From positions 63,374 through 95,373 of the forward strand of contig NZ_JAILWC010000004.1 in NCBI RefSeq assembly GCF_025699125.1: 32,000 bases of DNA. The letters run 5' to 3'. Below are positions 7,403 to 16,634 of the stretch, in pieces. Within the stretch, counting starts at the first letter, position 1, and every line of letters begins with the position of its first letter. The position numbers and the translations under genes are program-made. The notes beneath the pieces were generated by a model. The model was given only the letters and a program-made list of their open reading frames with translations, had not been told where the DNA came from and did not search any database. The DNA comes from Nitrosopumilus sp. (GTDB taxonomy: Archaea > Thermoproteota > Nitrososphaeria > Nitrososphaerales > Nitrosopumilaceae).

Positions 7403-8629
7403 GTGCATAATAGAAAAGTCGTGAAGGTACTCACACTAGATGATTTTGACTTAAAAGGCAAGACTGTTTTTTTGAGAGTCGACATGAATTGCCCAATAGA
7501 TCCAGATTCAATGGAAATTTCAGGTACCAAAAGAATTGAAGAAGCAATTGAAACTTTGCAATCACTCAAAGAAGCCAAAGTGGTTGTTGCATCACATCAA
7601 GGTAGAGTCGGAAACGATGATTATACAGGGATGGACAAACATGCAAAAGTTCTTGAGAAATTAATGGGTAAAAAAATAAAATATGTGGAAGACACGATTG
7701 GAGAAGCTGCACAAAATGCAATTAGAAATTTACACGATGGAGAAATCCTATTGTTAGATAATCTAAGATTATGTGCAGAGGAAAATTACGAATTTACACC
7801 AGAAAATGCTGCAAAGACAATCATGGTTACGCGTTTATCTAAATTGTTTGATCTTTGTGTTTTAGATTCATTTCCCAGTGCTCACAGATCACACCCATCA
7901 ATTGTGGGATTTCCACAAGTTTTACCTGCATGTGCAGGAAGAATAGTAGAAAGAGAAGTAAAAAATCTAGATGAAATTATGACCGTAGCCAAGGCACCGC
8001 ATGTTATAGTTCTTGGAGGCTCCAAAGTTCCAGACAGATTAGAGGCGATCAAATTATTGATTCAGAACGGAAGAGCAGATCATGTTTTGCTAACAGGAGT
8101 AATTGCTAATGTGTTTATGCGCGCTCAGGCCAGAATCAAATCTCCCCTAGGAATTAAAAGAGAAGACGAAGTCGTATCAAAAGCTCATGCGTTAATAGGT
8201 GAATATCCAGATGTGTTTGCCACTCCAGTAGATATTGCAATTGACAAGGATGGTGCAAGAGTGGAGATGGATGTAAGAGAGATTGCCAAAACAGATAAAA
8301 TTTATGATTTGGGTCCAAAAACAGTAGAGTATTATTCAAAATTGATTGCAGGCGCAGGAACTGTCTTTATCAGTGGACCTGCAGGATTTTTTGAAAAAGA
8401 AAATTTCAGTTATGGAACAAAAGCATTACTTGATTCAGTTGCAAACTCAATGGCAACTACAATTGTGAGTGGAGGACATTTAACTTCAGTTCTAAAAAAA
8501 TTAGGATTGGCGGAAAAAATTGATCATATAAGTACTGCAGGTGGTGCATTAGTGCTTTATCTCACAGGAGAAAAATTACCAATGATCAAAGCTCTTGAAG
8601 ATGCAGCAACAAAATACAGATCTAAATAG
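7403..8629 (+). CDS. pgk: Phosphoglycerate kinase (archaeal type)
   Basis: FLRVDMNCPI and ASHQGR substrate-binding blocks, a C-terminal GGG..-type nucleotide-binding region (ISTAGGALV), and 408 aa length. GTG start. Confidence 0.9.
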   Translation: MHNRKVVKVLTLDDFDLKGKTVFLRVDMNCPIDPDSMEISGTKRIEEAIETLQSLKEAKVVVASHQGRVGNDDYTGMDKHAKVLEKLMGKKIKYVEDTIGEAAQNAIRNLHDGEILLLDNLRLCAEENYEFTPENAAKTIMVTRLSKLFDLCVLDSFPSAHRSHPSIVGFPQVLPACAGRIVEREVKNLDEIMTVAKAPHVIVLGGSKVPDRLEAIKLLIQNGRADHVLLTGVIANVFMRAQARIKSPLGIKREDEVVSKAHALIGEYPDVFATPVDIAIDKDGARVEMDVREIAKTDKIYDLGPKTVEYYSKLIAGAGTVFISGPAGFFEKENFSYGTKALLDSVANSMATTIVSGGHLTSVLKKLGLAEKIDHISTAGGALVLYLTGEKLPMIKALEDAATKYRSK

Positions 8630-8969
8630 AAGATTTACAAGAAGTGTTTGGACAGATTCTTTCTTCAGATATTCCAAGATGAACATCATGGTTACACGAA
8701 TTACAATGAAACTTTTCTACAGGATCAAATAGCTTCATCCATATTGTGGTAAAATTCTGAGCAATATTTCTTACAAGACCTGAATCACAAAGTTCATTAA
8801 AAAAAGATTCAGTATCATCAACTATCCAAGAAGGATCAAGATCACCATTTTCTTTTATGATTTCAAAAATTTCATCGTTTGTAAATTTACCATCAGGATC
8901 ATTGAATTTTTCAAAAATTATTTTTCGAATTTGTAATGAGATTGGGATGGTGGGAGTAAAATCACTCAT
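8622..8969 (-). CDS. Hypothetical protein with a C-terminal zinc ribbon; last gene of the suf operon
   Basis: C-terminal CNSC-x17-CPNTSC. It starts 2 nt after the sufU stop, and its stop region overlaps the pgk stop convergently. Confidence 0.5.
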   Translation of the reverse strand: MSDFTPTIPISLQIRKIIFEKFNDPDGKFTNDEIFEIIKENGDLDPSWIVDDTESFFNELCDSGLVRNIAQNFTTIWMKLFDPVEKFHCNSCNHDVHLGISEERICPNTSCKSSI

Positions 8970-8970
8970 A

Positions 8971-9414
8971 CTAGTACAGATTTGCTGCCTCTTCTTTTAG
9001 TTTATCTACATCAGAAGTATCTTCCAGATGTTTTCCAATGTATGTGTAAAGGGCAGATTTTAGTACCTTAAGAGAAAGCAAGGCACATTTTATACGAACA
9101 GCCTGGAGATGTTCAAGACCAAGTTCACTCAAGACATCATTTTTCTCAATTGCTCTTGCTTCATCAAGAGTTTTACCTTTTGTAATTTCAGTTAATACCG
9201 AAGAGCAGGCCATGCAAATTGCACATCCTTTTCCATGAAATTTGATATCGCTGATTTTGTTCTCATCAATTTTCATGTCAATGTCTATGCTATCACCACA
9301 TAGTGGATTTGAATCATGAAAAGTGACATCAGGATTTTCAATTTCTCCATAGTTGATCGGATTTCTAGAGTAATCCACAATCATTTCATGATAAATGTCT
9401 GCATTGCCACTCAT
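8971..9414 (-). CDS. sufU: SufU/IscU-type Fe-S scaffold / sulfur acceptor (NifU N-terminal domain)
   Basis: Conserved cysteines in NPLCGD, GKGCAICMAC and RIKCALL. Four-nt overlap with sufS. Confidence 0.8.
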   Translation of the reverse strand: MSGNADIYHEMIVDYSRNPINYGEIENPDVTFHDSNPLCGDSIDIDMKIDENKISDIKFHGKGCAICMACSSVLTEITKGKTLDEARAIEKNDVLSELGLEHLQAVRIKCALLSLKVLKSALYTYIGKHLEDTSDVDKLKEEAANLY

Positions 9415-10655
9415 AATTTGAACACCTTCGCTACAATATTTAATGAATTTACAAGAATGTCAACATCCTCCTTAGTATTGTAAATGTAAAAACTTGCCCT
9501 CGATGTAGCTGCAACGTTTAGGCGCTCCATTAACACTTGGGCACAGTGATGTCCAGAACGAACTGCGATTCCCTCCTCATCAATAATTTGAGCTACATCA
9601 TGCGGGTGAACATCTGCAAAATTAAAGGAAATAACACCACCACGTTTTGACATGTCTTGTGTACCATAGATATGAAGTCCTTTAACTGCAGATAATTTTT
9701 CTAGAGCATATTTTGTTAACTCAATTTCATGTTCTCGTATGTTGTCCATTCCAATTTTTGTAAGATAATCAATTGCAGCTCCAAACCCAATTACATCTGC
9801 AATGTTTGGAGTTCCCGCTTCAAATTTGTATGGCAAATCATTCCAAGTAGTTTCATACTTGTGAACTTCTCTGATCATATCGCCACCTCCATGGAATGGA
9901 ATCATTGTTTCCAAGACAGATTTTCTAACCCATAAAACACCAATTCCTGTTGGACCTAGCATCTTATGCCCAGAAAACGCAAAAAAGTCACATCCTAATT
10001 TTTCAATATCAACTTTCATGTGAGGCACTGCCTGGGCACCATCAATTAAGGTAAGAACACCTGCAGCCTTGCATTTTTCAATTATCTTTTCAGAGTTAGT
10101 AATAGTTCCAAGAACATTTGACATCAAACTAAATGTTACAAGTTTGACTTTACCTGTTGCAAGATATTTATCAAGATCATCCAAGATCAATTCCCCATTA
10201 TCATCCATTCCAATGTATTCTAATTTGGCATGTTTTTCTTGTGTAAGAAGTTGCCATGGAACGATATTGCTATGATGCTCATATTCAGTAGTAACAATAA
10301 TGTCACCTTCTTTGATATGAGGCCGCCCCCATGAATAAGCAACAAGATTAATTGCTTCAGTAGTACCTCTAACAAAAATAATTTCTTGACGATCTTTAAT
10401 ATTGATAAAATTTGCAATTTTATCTCTAGTTGCCTCATAGGCCTCAGTGGCTTCTTCAGCTAGTGCATAAACTGCTCTGTGAATATTTGCGTTATGATGC
10501 TGGTAATAATCAGTAATTGCATCAATTACCTGATTTGGTTTTTGTGTAGTTGAAGCATTGTCAAGATAAACAAGTTGTTTGTTATCTCTAACAGTCCTTT
10601 CAAGTATTGGAAAATCTTTCCTTATATTTTCAAATAAAGATTCAGTACTTTGCAT
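9411..10655 (-). CDS. sufS: Cysteine desulfurase, SufS class
   Basis: PLP-lysine block FSGHKMLGPTGIG and catalytic-cysteine block RSGHHCAQ. 414 aa. Confidence 0.9.
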   Translation of the reverse strand: MQSTESLFENIRKDFPILERTVRDNKQLVYLDNASTTQKPNQVIDAITDYYQHHNANIHRAVYALAEEATEAYEATRDKIANFINIKDRQEIIFVRGTTEAINLVAYSWGRPHIKEGDIIVTTEYEHHSNIVPWQLLTQEKHAKLEYIGMDDNGELILDDLDKYLATGKVKLVTFSLMSNVLGTITNSEKIIEKCKAAGVLTLIDGAQAVPHMKVDIEKLGCDFFAFSGHKMLGPTGIGVLWVRKSVLETMIPFHGGGDMIREVHKYETTWNDLPYKFEAGTPNIADVIGFGAAIDYLTKIGMDNIREHEIELTKYALEKLSAVKGLHIYGTQDMSKRGGVISFNFADVHPHDVAQIIDEEGIAVRSGHHCAQVLMERLNVAATSRASFYIYNTKEDVDILVNSLNIVAKVFKL

Positions 10656-10658
10656 ATC

Positions 10659-10976
10659 TTAAAGCTCCACGTAAATTTCGCTGGCATCTATTTTAACATT
10701 GTATACTTTGAGAGGGATTTCGGCAGGAAGATTTTGTGGTTTTCCATTCTCCAAATTAAAAACAGAGAGATGTAATGGACATCGAACACCTTCGTCACTA
10801 AGAAAACCTGTTGAAAGATCTGCATCAGCATGAGTACAGATTAAATCAGTTGCATGAATTTTTCCTTTAAGATTAGCGAGTAGTAATTTTTTATCACCAT
10901 GGACAAACCTGAAAAGTTGTCCTTCTTTCACCTGTTCCAAATTACAAGCTTTTACCCATTCTGACAAAATTATCAC
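10659..10976 (-). CDS. Rieske-type [2Fe-2S] ferredoxin-like protein
   Basis: Rieske signature CTH-x16-CPLH in a 105-aa protein. Four-nt overlap with sufD. Confidence 0.8.
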   Translation of the reverse strand: MIILSEWVKACNLEQVKEGQLFRFVHGDKKLLLANLKGKIHATDLICTHADADLSTGFLSDEGVRCPLHLSVFNLENGKPQNLPAEIPLKVYNVKIDASEIYVEL

Positions 10977-12373
10977 CGATACTTGTAGTGTTGTTCAATC
11001 TCTGCGTCTTCATTATAACGTGTCTCCTCTATTTCAACAAACTTGGCTAATTCTGCATCAGTGTTAATTGTGAGTTCACGGTTTTCCCATTTAGATTCAA
11101 TTAGATATGCAATCCATGCTCTTACTTGGAATGACATTTTCCTGGAAAGGGGCTCTAAGAATCCTTCAACAATAGTTCTTTCTGCCTCTTCATGAGTAAG
11201 GCATCTAGTTTGAAGATAAAATATTTGTTCTTCGTCAATTTGTGCTACAGAAGCAGAGTGTGTGGCTTTTACATCATTTGTAAAGATCTCCAATCCCGGA
11301 ATTGCGTCAGATTTTGCATCTTTATCTAAAAGGATAGAACGTCCAGACAAAAATGAATTTGATTTTGCTGCATGTTCTTTAATTCTAATCATTCCTTTGA
11401 AAAGAGATTTTGATTTGTTTCTAAGAATTGATTTTTCAACGACTCTAGCTTCAGTAGATGGGCTTTCATGATTAACATTAGTTTGTATATCAAATGATTG
11501 TTCATCATTTCCAAATATTACTTCAGAATCATTAGCAGATGCACCACTACCATTAAGAAAATACTCAATCTTGTACCTTGATAAAATGGAACCAAACAAT
11601 CCAGAGTACCAATTTACTTTAGCATCTTGTGCCAAATCAGTACGTCTTGTAGAAAAGTTAACGGTATGCTGATCCATTAGTTGCAAAGTGGTAACATCTA
11701 ATTGTGCATTTGCAGCAACACTGGCATTTAGTAATTCAAGATATGCAGGTTGTTTGTCGGTTTTAGGAGAATAGATTTCTTGGACAATGGCAGCTTTGCT
11801 ATTTTCATCTGCAAAGATAATATTTCGAGCAATGGTTGAATTGCCATCTTCAGACAAACATGCCAAAAAATGAATTGGTTTCTCCAGGATGAGATTCGAG
11901 GGGATGTGGATAAAGACTCCAGAATTAAACGCGGCATTGTTTAGTGCAGTAAATTTATCATCATTTGAGTTTGAAGCCTCTAGTGCTTTTTTTACCAGCT
12001 CAAAATGGTTTTGAATTGCATCAGATATTGAAGAGATAACAAGTCCTTTTGATTTTAAATCATCAGAGATATTGATTTTGTGAACGTTTGTACCAATTTG
12101 AATAATACAAGTTTCACTTCCCAACTCGGTTAGTCTTTTGTTTAAGAAACTTGGAACTGTTTCAGTAGTGGATGTTGAAAGTAATACTTTCTCAGGATCC
12201 ATTTTTTTAGCATCAGTGTATTTGTTGTAAAGTGGAGACATTTCAATTGGGAGACTGTCATAGATAGACAATGAATTTTTTCTGTAATCTTTGAGCCATT
12301 CAGGTTCATTCCTGGATAATGAAATTTCATCAATATGACTAGTGTTGAGTTTTGAGAGTGATTCTTGAGACAT
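10973..12373 (-). CDS. sufD: Fe-S cluster assembly protein SufD
   Basis: SufB/SufD-family C-terminal beta-helix region (..ATHSASVAQIDEEQIFYLQTRCLTHEEAERTIVEGFL). Lies downstream of sufB and lacks the SufB-type conserved Cys context. Confidence 0.85.
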   Translation of the reverse strand: MSQESLSKLNTSHIDEISLSRNEPEWLKDYRKNSLSIYDSLPIEMSPLYNKYTDAKKMDPEKVLLSTSTTETVPSFLNKRLTELGSETCIIQIGTNVHKINISDDLKSKGLVISSISDAIQNHFELVKKALEASNSNDDKFTALNNAAFNSGVFIHIPSNLILEKPIHFLACLSEDGNSTIARNIIFADENSKAAIVQEIYSPKTDKQPAYLELLNASVAANAQLDVTTLQLMDQHTVNFSTRRTDLAQDAKVNWYSGLFGSILSRYKIEYFLNGSGASANDSEVIFGNDEQSFDIQTNVNHESPSTEARVVEKSILRNKSKSLFKGMIRIKEHAAKSNSFLSGRSILLDKDAKSDAIPGLEIFTNDVKATHSASVAQIDEEQIFYLQTRCLTHEEAERTIVEGFLEPLSRKMSFQVRAWIAYLIESKWENRELTINTDAELAKFVEIEETRYNEDAEIEQHYKYR

Positions 12374-12398
12374 TTTTAATCAAAGTAAAATTGGGAAT

Positions 12399-13808
12399 TT
12401 ATCCCACAGAGTCATCCATCTCTAGCTTGATTAGTCTATTTAGCTCCACTGCATATTCCATTGGAAGTTCTTTTGTAAAGGGTTCCATGAAACCATTAAC
12501 AATTAATGAAAGTGCTTCTTCCTCTGTAAAGCCTCTAGTCATTAAATAGAAGATTTGCTCATCACCGATTTTTCCAACTGTTGCTTCGTGTGTAATTGTG
12601 GCATCTTCTTGATTGATTTCCATGTATGGATAAGTATCAGTCTTGGATGTATCATCTAAGAGTAATGCATCACATCTTACAGTGGCTTTTACATTTGTAG
12701 CACCTTTTGCTACATTTAGTAATCCTCTGTAAGTTGAACGTCCATCAAGTCTGCTTACTGACTTTGATGTAATTTTAGAAGTGGTATTTGGTGCAAGATG
12801 AACCATTTTAGCACCTGTATCTTGATGCTGTCCCTTTCCTGCAAATGCGATAGAGAGGGTTTCACCATATGCTCGCTCACCCATGAGATAGATTCCAGGG
12901 TATTTCATTGTCAATTTACTTCCAATGTTTCCATCAATCCATTCAACTGTTGCACCCTCATATGCATAAGCACGTTTTGTAACTAAATTGTATACATCAC
13001 TGCTCCAGTTTTGGATTGTGGTGTATCTTAGTTTAGCATCTTTGTGTGCTACTAGTTCTACAACTGCAGAGTGTAGAGATTCTGAAGAATAAACAGGAGC
13101 AGTACATCCTTCAATATAATGAACTTCTGAACCTTCATCAGCAATGATCAATGTTCTTTCGAATTGACCAATGTTCTCAGCATTAATTCTAAAATATGCT
13201 TGTAGTGGCATATCAACTTTGACGCCAGGTGGAATGTAGATAAACGAACCACCACTCCAAACTGCACTGTTGAGTGCTGCAAATTTGTTATCCTCAGGAG
13301 GAATAATTTTACCAAAGTATTTCTTGAAAATTTCTGGATATTCTTTAAGAGCCGCGTCAGTATCTAAGAATAATACACCTTGTTTTGCCAAATCTTCTCT
13401 TAGACTGTGATAAACAACTTCAGATTCATATTGTGCGCCAACACCTGCTAAGAATTTCTTTTCAGCTTCTGGAATTCCAAGTTTATCAAATGTTTTTTTG
13501 ACACTATCTGGAACGTCATCCCAGTTCTTCTCTACTTTGTCAGACGCTTTTGCATAATAGTAGATATTTTGGAAATCAATAACACTGAGATCTCCACCCC
13601 AAGTAGGCATTGGTTTTTTCATAAAAATTTCATAAGATCGTAATCTAAAATCAAGCATCCATTGTGGTTCATCTTTCATCTTACTGATGCTAATCACAGT
13701 TTCCTTAGACAGTCCTTTCTTGCTAAGATGAACATAAAGTTCTGTAGAGTCTTTAAAATCATATTTTGAATAATCCATATCGAGGTTTTCAGTTGCCATG
13801 CTCATCAT
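12399..13808 (-). CDS. sufB: Fe-S cluster assembly protein SufB
   Basis: Highly conserved SufB blocks ([58 protein letters not shown]). A TATA-like TTTATAATATA at 13817-13828 suggests the real start may be the ATG at 13799 (MATENL..). Confidence 0.9.
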   Translation of the reverse strand: MMSMATENLDMDYSKYDFKDSTELYVHLSKKGLSKETVISISKMKDEPQWMLDFRLRSYEIFMKKPMPTWGGDLSVIDFQNIYYYAKASDKVEKNWDDVPDSVKKTFDKLGIPEAEKKFLAGVGAQYESEVVYHSLREDLAKQGVLFLDTDAALKEYPEIFKKYFGKIIPPEDNKFAALNSAVWSGGSFIYIPPGVKVDMPLQAYFRINAENIGQFERTLIIADEGSEVHYIEGCTAPVYSSESLHSAVVELVAHKDAKLRYTTIQNWSSDVYNLVTKRAYAYEGATVEWIDGNIGSKLTMKYPGIYLMGERAYGETLSIAFAGKGQHQDTGAKMVHLAPNTTSKITSKSVSRLDGRSTYRGLLNVAKGATNVKATVRCDALLLDDTSKTDTYPYMEINQEDATITHEATVGKIGDEQIFYLMTRGFTEEEALSLIVNGFMEPFTKELPMEYAVELNRLIKLEMDDSVG

Positions 13809-14161
13809 AACCCCGTTATATTATAAATACATGAGGAAAAATAGGCATAGCTAAATAGCTTGAGCTAAAATTAGGTCTTAGCAATAAATTGAGATCAATT
13901 ATTCTCAGTACATGAAATACGCATTGAAAGGCATCACAACAATCAGAATCATAGGCCCATATGAGATTCCAAAGAAGGACAAGTTCAAGATAGAACTGGG
14001 AAAATTCCAAATTAGATGATACATTCCAATTCAAATTATTAAAAATTCAAAAAAGATTCATCATAGTAATTTACTAACACATACAAAAATTATTTTTGTA
14101 TTTTTAACTATTAGAAAAAAAGGGTTCTTTAAAAAAAATACATCATAGAAATTAATAAACT

Positions 14162-14962
14162 CTAACAGTTTGAAAGAATTTGTTTCATAGTGTTAAAAGA
14201 GCCCAAAACAGTATGAACTTGAGATATAGTATTTTTCACATTAAATTTTTTAAGTTCATCAGCTGTAAAAGGACCGATAGCAACCACGGATAATTTTTGT
14301 AAATTTTCAAGTAGTTTTGATTCATCAAAGTCTTTTTGCATTATCTCAAAAAAGCCACGAACAGAAGACGCACTAGTAAAAACAATACCATCAACTCTAT
14401 CTTGAAAAAATAATTCTCGAAACTCATTCCACTGAGTAGTGTCTCTAAATGCACATACATCATAAAGATGAATTTCTAACACATCAATTCCGATTTTGTT
14501 TAATAGTTCTTTTAAAAATGGAGTTGAGGCACCACTGCGAGGAACAATGACCTTTTTTCCAACTGCATTGATTTGTGTAAATTCCTCACCAACACCAACA
14601 GATGAAAAAGTTGTAGGTTGAAGGTTTACTTTAATTCCTTCAGATTCAAGGGCGGTTGTAGTTTTTGGACCAACAGACATCACTATGGTATTTGCTACAG
14701 CCAGTTGCAATTTGTCTAATTTACCAACATGTTTTGCAGTATCAAATAGCAGTTTTACTGCTTTTGAGCTCATAAAAACAGAATAATCAGGACAGTATTT
14801 CTCAACAGATTCCAAAAATTCATCAACAATTTTCTCTCCCTTACTTACAAGCTCAATTGTAGGTAATGGAAGTGCCTTTGCATGGTTTTCTTCGGCAAGG
14901 GCAATGAATTCAAATGCATCATCTTTTGAACGAGTGATTGCGATAGTTTTCCCATCAAGCAT
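14162..14962 (-). CDS. hemD: Uroporphyrinogen-III synthase
   Basis: HemD-like two-lobe pattern (IAITR......PLPTIEL ... VFTSASSV). It is the last gene of the hemL-hemC-cobA-hemD string. The ATG at 14962 forms a TAATG overlap with the cobA stop; the ORF track starts at GTG 14971. Confidence 0.75.
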   Translation of the reverse strand: MLDGKTIAITRSKDDAFEFIALAEENHAKALPLPTIELVSKGEKIVDEFLESVEKYCPDYSVFMSSKAVKLLFDTAKHVGKLDKLQLAVANTIVMSVGPKTTTALESEGIKVNLQPTTFSSVGVGEEFTQINAVGKKVIVPRSGASTPFLKELLNKIGIDVLEIHLYDVCAFRDTTQWNEFRELFFQDRVDGIVFTSASSVRGFFEIMQKDFDESKLLENLQKLSVVAIGPFTADELKKFNVKNTISQVHTVLGSFNTMKQILSNC

Positions 14963-15702
14963 TATTTCCACCCAATACTTTCTGACAAATCAACTACATT
15001 TCCAATAATAATATTTGTGGGAGGGGTGATTTTATTTTCTTTAACTTTTTTTGCAATATTTGTAACTGTTCCTTTAATCATTTTTTGATTAGGAGTAGTA
15101 CCATTTTGAATTACAGCTACGGGGGTTTTCTTATTCATTCCTCCAGCAATAAGTTGCTTGCAAATAACATCAATTCTTGAAAGCCCCATCATAATTACTA
15201 TAGTATCAACAGACTTTGCCAATCTTTTCCATTTGACAATCTCTTTTTTCTTTTCAGGATCTTCATGACCAGTTACAAAAACTACCGATGACGCATATTT
15301 TCTGTGAGTAAGAGGAATTCCAGCATATGTTGCAGAACCAATTCCAGAAGTAATTCCCGGGACAATTTCATATTTTACTTTATTTTCTTTTAGAAATTCT
15401 GCCTCTTCACCACCGCGACCAAAGATAATAGGATCACCACCTTTTAGTCTAACAACATGTTTTTTAGATTTCGTGTATTTTACCATCAAGTCATTAGTAG
15501 TATTTTGATGAGCAGTATCATCCCCTACTGCTCTGCCAACGTAAACTTTTTTGGTAGATTTTGGAATCATTGAAATAATTTTTTTGCTTACCAATCTATC
15601 ATACAAAACAACATCTGCTTTTTTGAGTAACTCAACAGCACGTAATGTAATTAATTTATGATCTCCAGGTCCTGCGCCAACAAGATACACTTTTCCAGTC
15701 AT
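14962..15702 (-). CDS. cobA: Uroporphyrinogen-III C-methyltransferase (SUMT)
   Basis: VYLVGAGPGD and GGDPIIFGRGGEE signatures of tetrapyrrole methylases. The ATG at 15702 gives an ATGA overlap with the hemC stop; the ORF is open up to 15735. Confidence 0.85.
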   Translation of the reverse strand: MTGKVYLVGAGPGDHKLITLRAVELLKKADVVLYDRLVSKKIISMIPKSTKKVYVGRAVGDDTAHQNTTNDLMVKYTKSKKHVVRLKGGDPIIFGRGGEEAEFLKENKVKYEIVPGITSGIGSATYAGIPLTHRKYASSVVFVTGHEDPEKKKEIVKWKRLAKSVDTIVIMMGLSRIDVICKQLIAGGMNKKTPVAVIQNGTTPNQKMIKGTVTNIAKKVKENKITPPTNIIIGNVVDLSESIGWK

Positions 15703-16634
15703 GTAGTATTCCATTCCTCCACTTTTTCTCTCCAATTTAATGCAAGATCATTTACTCCTTTTTTACGTAATTCTTCGCCCACATTTTTGCCAAGAGACGC
15801 AGGATCATTTTTGCTACCAGTTTTGGTTACATGTAATGATTGTTTTCCATCAACAGAAAATGCAGTAACTGTAAGAGTCATTTCAGTTCCACTGGATTTT
15901 GCATACGCACCAAGAGGAAATCTACATCCAGAATCTACATAGTTGGATAATGCTCGCTCTGCTTCAATTTCTAATCTAGAGTCTGAATCTTCAATTTTTT
16001 TTAACATAGAGATTGTGTCTATATCATCAGATCTGGCAACAATTGCTATTGCACCTTGCCCAGGAGATGGAGAAAAATCATGTATCGATAATGGTGAGAA
16101 CTTTATATCAACACCTAATCTTGAAATTCCAGCTTGTGCAAGAACGATAGCGTCAAAATTTTCTCCAGATGTTTTTTTTATTCTTGTTTCAATATTTCCG
16201 CGTATTGGTTTTACTGTAACATCAGGTCTTTTTCTTGAAACTTGAACTGCGCGTCTAAGTGAGCTGGTTCCAATAACTGCACCTTTTTTGATATTTTCCA
16301 AAGATGAGCCATCGGATGAAATAAAGACATCATTTACTGCTTCACGTTTTGGAATACACGCGATCATGAGACTTTCATCTAGCTCCGATGGAACGTCTTT
16401 TAGACTATGAACTGCAAAGTCTACTTCTTTTTGCGATACTGCTCTATCTACTTCTTTTTCAAATATCCCTTTTTGGTTTATTGTAAATAATGGCCTTGAA
16501 TCAGTATCGCCTTTTGTAGTGATGGATTTAATTTCATATTCACATCCAGGATTCACTTTTTTTAGTTCGGATATCACCCAATTTGTCTGAGCTACTGATA
16601 ATTGACTTCCTCTAGCACCAACTTTGTACTTCAA
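15699..16634 (-). CDS. hemC: Hydroxymethylbilane synthase (porphobilinogen deaminase)
   Basis: GARGSQLSVAQTN, HSLKDVP and GTSSLRR blocks. The TTG start overlaps the hemL stop (TTGA). Confidence 0.9.
   Translation of the reverse strand: MKYKVGARGSQLSVAQTNWVISELKKVNPGCEYEIKSITTKGDTDSRPLFTINQKGIFEKEVDRAVSQKEVDFAVHSLKDVPSELDESLMIACIPKREAVNDVFISSDGSSLENIKKGAVIGTSSLRRAVQVSRKRPDVTVKPIRGNIETRIKKTSGENFDAIVLAQAGISRLGVDIKFSPLSIHDFSPSPGQGAIAIVARSDDIDTISMLKKIEDSDSRLEIEAERALSNYVDSGCRFPLGAYAKSSGTEMTLTVTAFSVDGKQSLHVTKTGSKNDPASLGKNVGEELRKKGVNDLALNWREKVEEWNTT

Noticed and set aside
9729-13000. Short ORFs inside or antisense to the suf genes (9729-9935, 10069-10275, 10220-10438, 11262-11471, 11728-11937, 12142-12333, 12352-12549, 12798-12986)
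   Set aside because: All are nested in, or antisense to, strongly supported sufS, sufD and sufB frames. In A/T-rich DNA such shadow ORFs are expected.
13816-14034. 72-aa minus-strand ORF in the sufB-hemD spacer
   Set aside because: Its composition is odd (W/C/L/F/N-rich). It would have to be transcribed through the sufB promoter region. No supporting signal was found.
15658-16245. Plus-strand ORFs 15658-15942 and 15943-16245
   Set aside because: They are antisense to hemC/cobA, which carry clear family signatures.
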